Below are positions 63,312 through 64,000 of a DNA stretch of 64,000 bases, piece by piece. The first letter of the stretch is position 1. Each line of letters starts with the position of its first letter. Both the position numbers and the translations under genes were made by a program. Location: the IMG/VR virus record IMGVR_UViG_3300043446_004613, positions 1 to 64,000 of that record, one strand, 5' to 3'. The notes beneath the pieces were generated by a model. It ran no database searches. It had not been told where the DNA came from and worked only from the letters and a program-made list of their open reading frames with translations.

Positions 63312-63986
63312 TTACGCTTGCGGGACATTTTCCACCTCCGGGGCGTTGATCAAGACCGGTTCGATCCAAGTCAAACGTTTTGGTGACGCATCGTTCCAAG
63401 GCTTCGGGCCGAAGGGTTGATTACGCATGTGGCCGCGCCGCCAGTGCATGCGAGGAGATGCGTGAGCGCCGGGTGCTCCTGAACTTTCGACACGCTGCGC
63501 CTTGTAGTCCCAACCGATGCAGTTCGGCTGCCAAAGTGCTTCCTGTTCAATCGCACCTTTACGGTTGCGCTTTTCCGGGCGCTGCAAGGCTCCAAGCTTG
63601 ATGACATGAGGCCGGGCAGTCATGGCCAACAACAGCTTGATCGCAAACATCTGAACTTTTGCGTTGAACTGCTTATCTTCGGCGTCGGTCGGAAAGCCGT
63701 CACGGCATGCGTTTAGCGTATCCGGTGAAAGTTGCTCTTCAAGATACGTTGCATCTTCAAACGGAGCGCTATCCATGTCGCGGATGTTCATGTGCGTCGG
63801 AAAACTTCCGACATAGTCCATAGGAATAGCGCCGTCGTTTCCAACCACGATACTGACAATATTGATGCGCTCTGACTGGTTATCGATCTTGTTGAGCGCG
63901 TCCAGCGGGATGTCACAGGCAGGCATGTTTTTAAGGCACTGCGGATAAATGCCGATCGGACTGCGCGTAACGCTGATAAATGGCAC
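63312..63986 (-). CDS. Conserved phage protein (SPRxHWRRGH motif); may extend beyond the window
   Basis: HASPRMHWRRGHMRNQ..G...WIEPVLIN. Confidence 0.65.
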   Translation of the reverse strand: MPFISVTRSPIGIYPQCLKNMPACDIPLDALNKIDNQSERINIVSIVVGNDGAIPMDYVGSFPTHMNIRDMDSAPFEDATYLEEQLSPDTLNACRDGFPTDAEDKQFNAKVQMFAIKLLLAMTARPHVIKLGALQRPEKRNRKGAIEQEALWQPNCIGWDYKAQRVESSGAPGAHASPRMHWRRGHMRNQPFGPKPWNDASPKRLTWIEPVLINAPEVENVPQA

Positions 63987-64000
63987 GGCATAGCCAAAGT

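Noticed and set aside
1-64000. Genome-wide stop-codon reassignment
   Set aside because: Long genes such as terL are intact in the standard code, all three stops end genes at sensible points, and the split-PKD stops differ (TGA versus TAA).
1-64000. tRNA/rRNA genes, integrase or IS elements
   Set aside because: No cloverleaf or recombinase/transposase motifs were recognised by eye; a tRNAscan run would be needed to fully exclude tRNAs.

Overview
The window is a gene-dense (~55% GC by eye) segment of a large tailed dsDNA phage, probably a jumbo myovirus with T4-type head biology. The host is tentatively Verrucomicrobia, from a PUR-family protein and TN-rich lipoprotein/membrane proteins. Recognisable genes are a terminase large subunit, a LysM/baseplate-wedge-like protein, PKD/LamG/vWA/LRR virion adhesin-like proteins, a thermonuclease, a HIRAN protein, a NUMOD3 protein, an acyl carrier protein, five glycosyltransferase-like genes, two methyltransferases, a Nudix fusion, a ParE/RelE-like toxin, two PcfJ-like paralogs and a lipoprotein cluster. 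The main candidate novel system is a set of about 17 ORFs sharing a helical tag (MxAxxIVxxLLE) and/or repeated linkers ([VIL]-x-E|S followed by an acidic D-D-P-x-x-Y-I-D stretch). These motifs divide large ORFs (1370, 965 and 657 aa) into domain-sized cassettes and resemble a capsid-targeting sequence plus prohead-protease sites, suggesting virion-packaged effector polyproteins. About half of these genes sit directly behind a TA(G/C/T)TTA putative late-promoter motif. Other notable items are small proteins carrying isolated fragments of major capsid protein (including a Gol-peptide-like segment), tail sheath and PolA; a pseudoknot-capable RNA element upstream of three of them; two PKD domains split across adjacent genes; and three distinct upstream motif classes. 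All family calls come from motif recognition by eye, with no database searches run.
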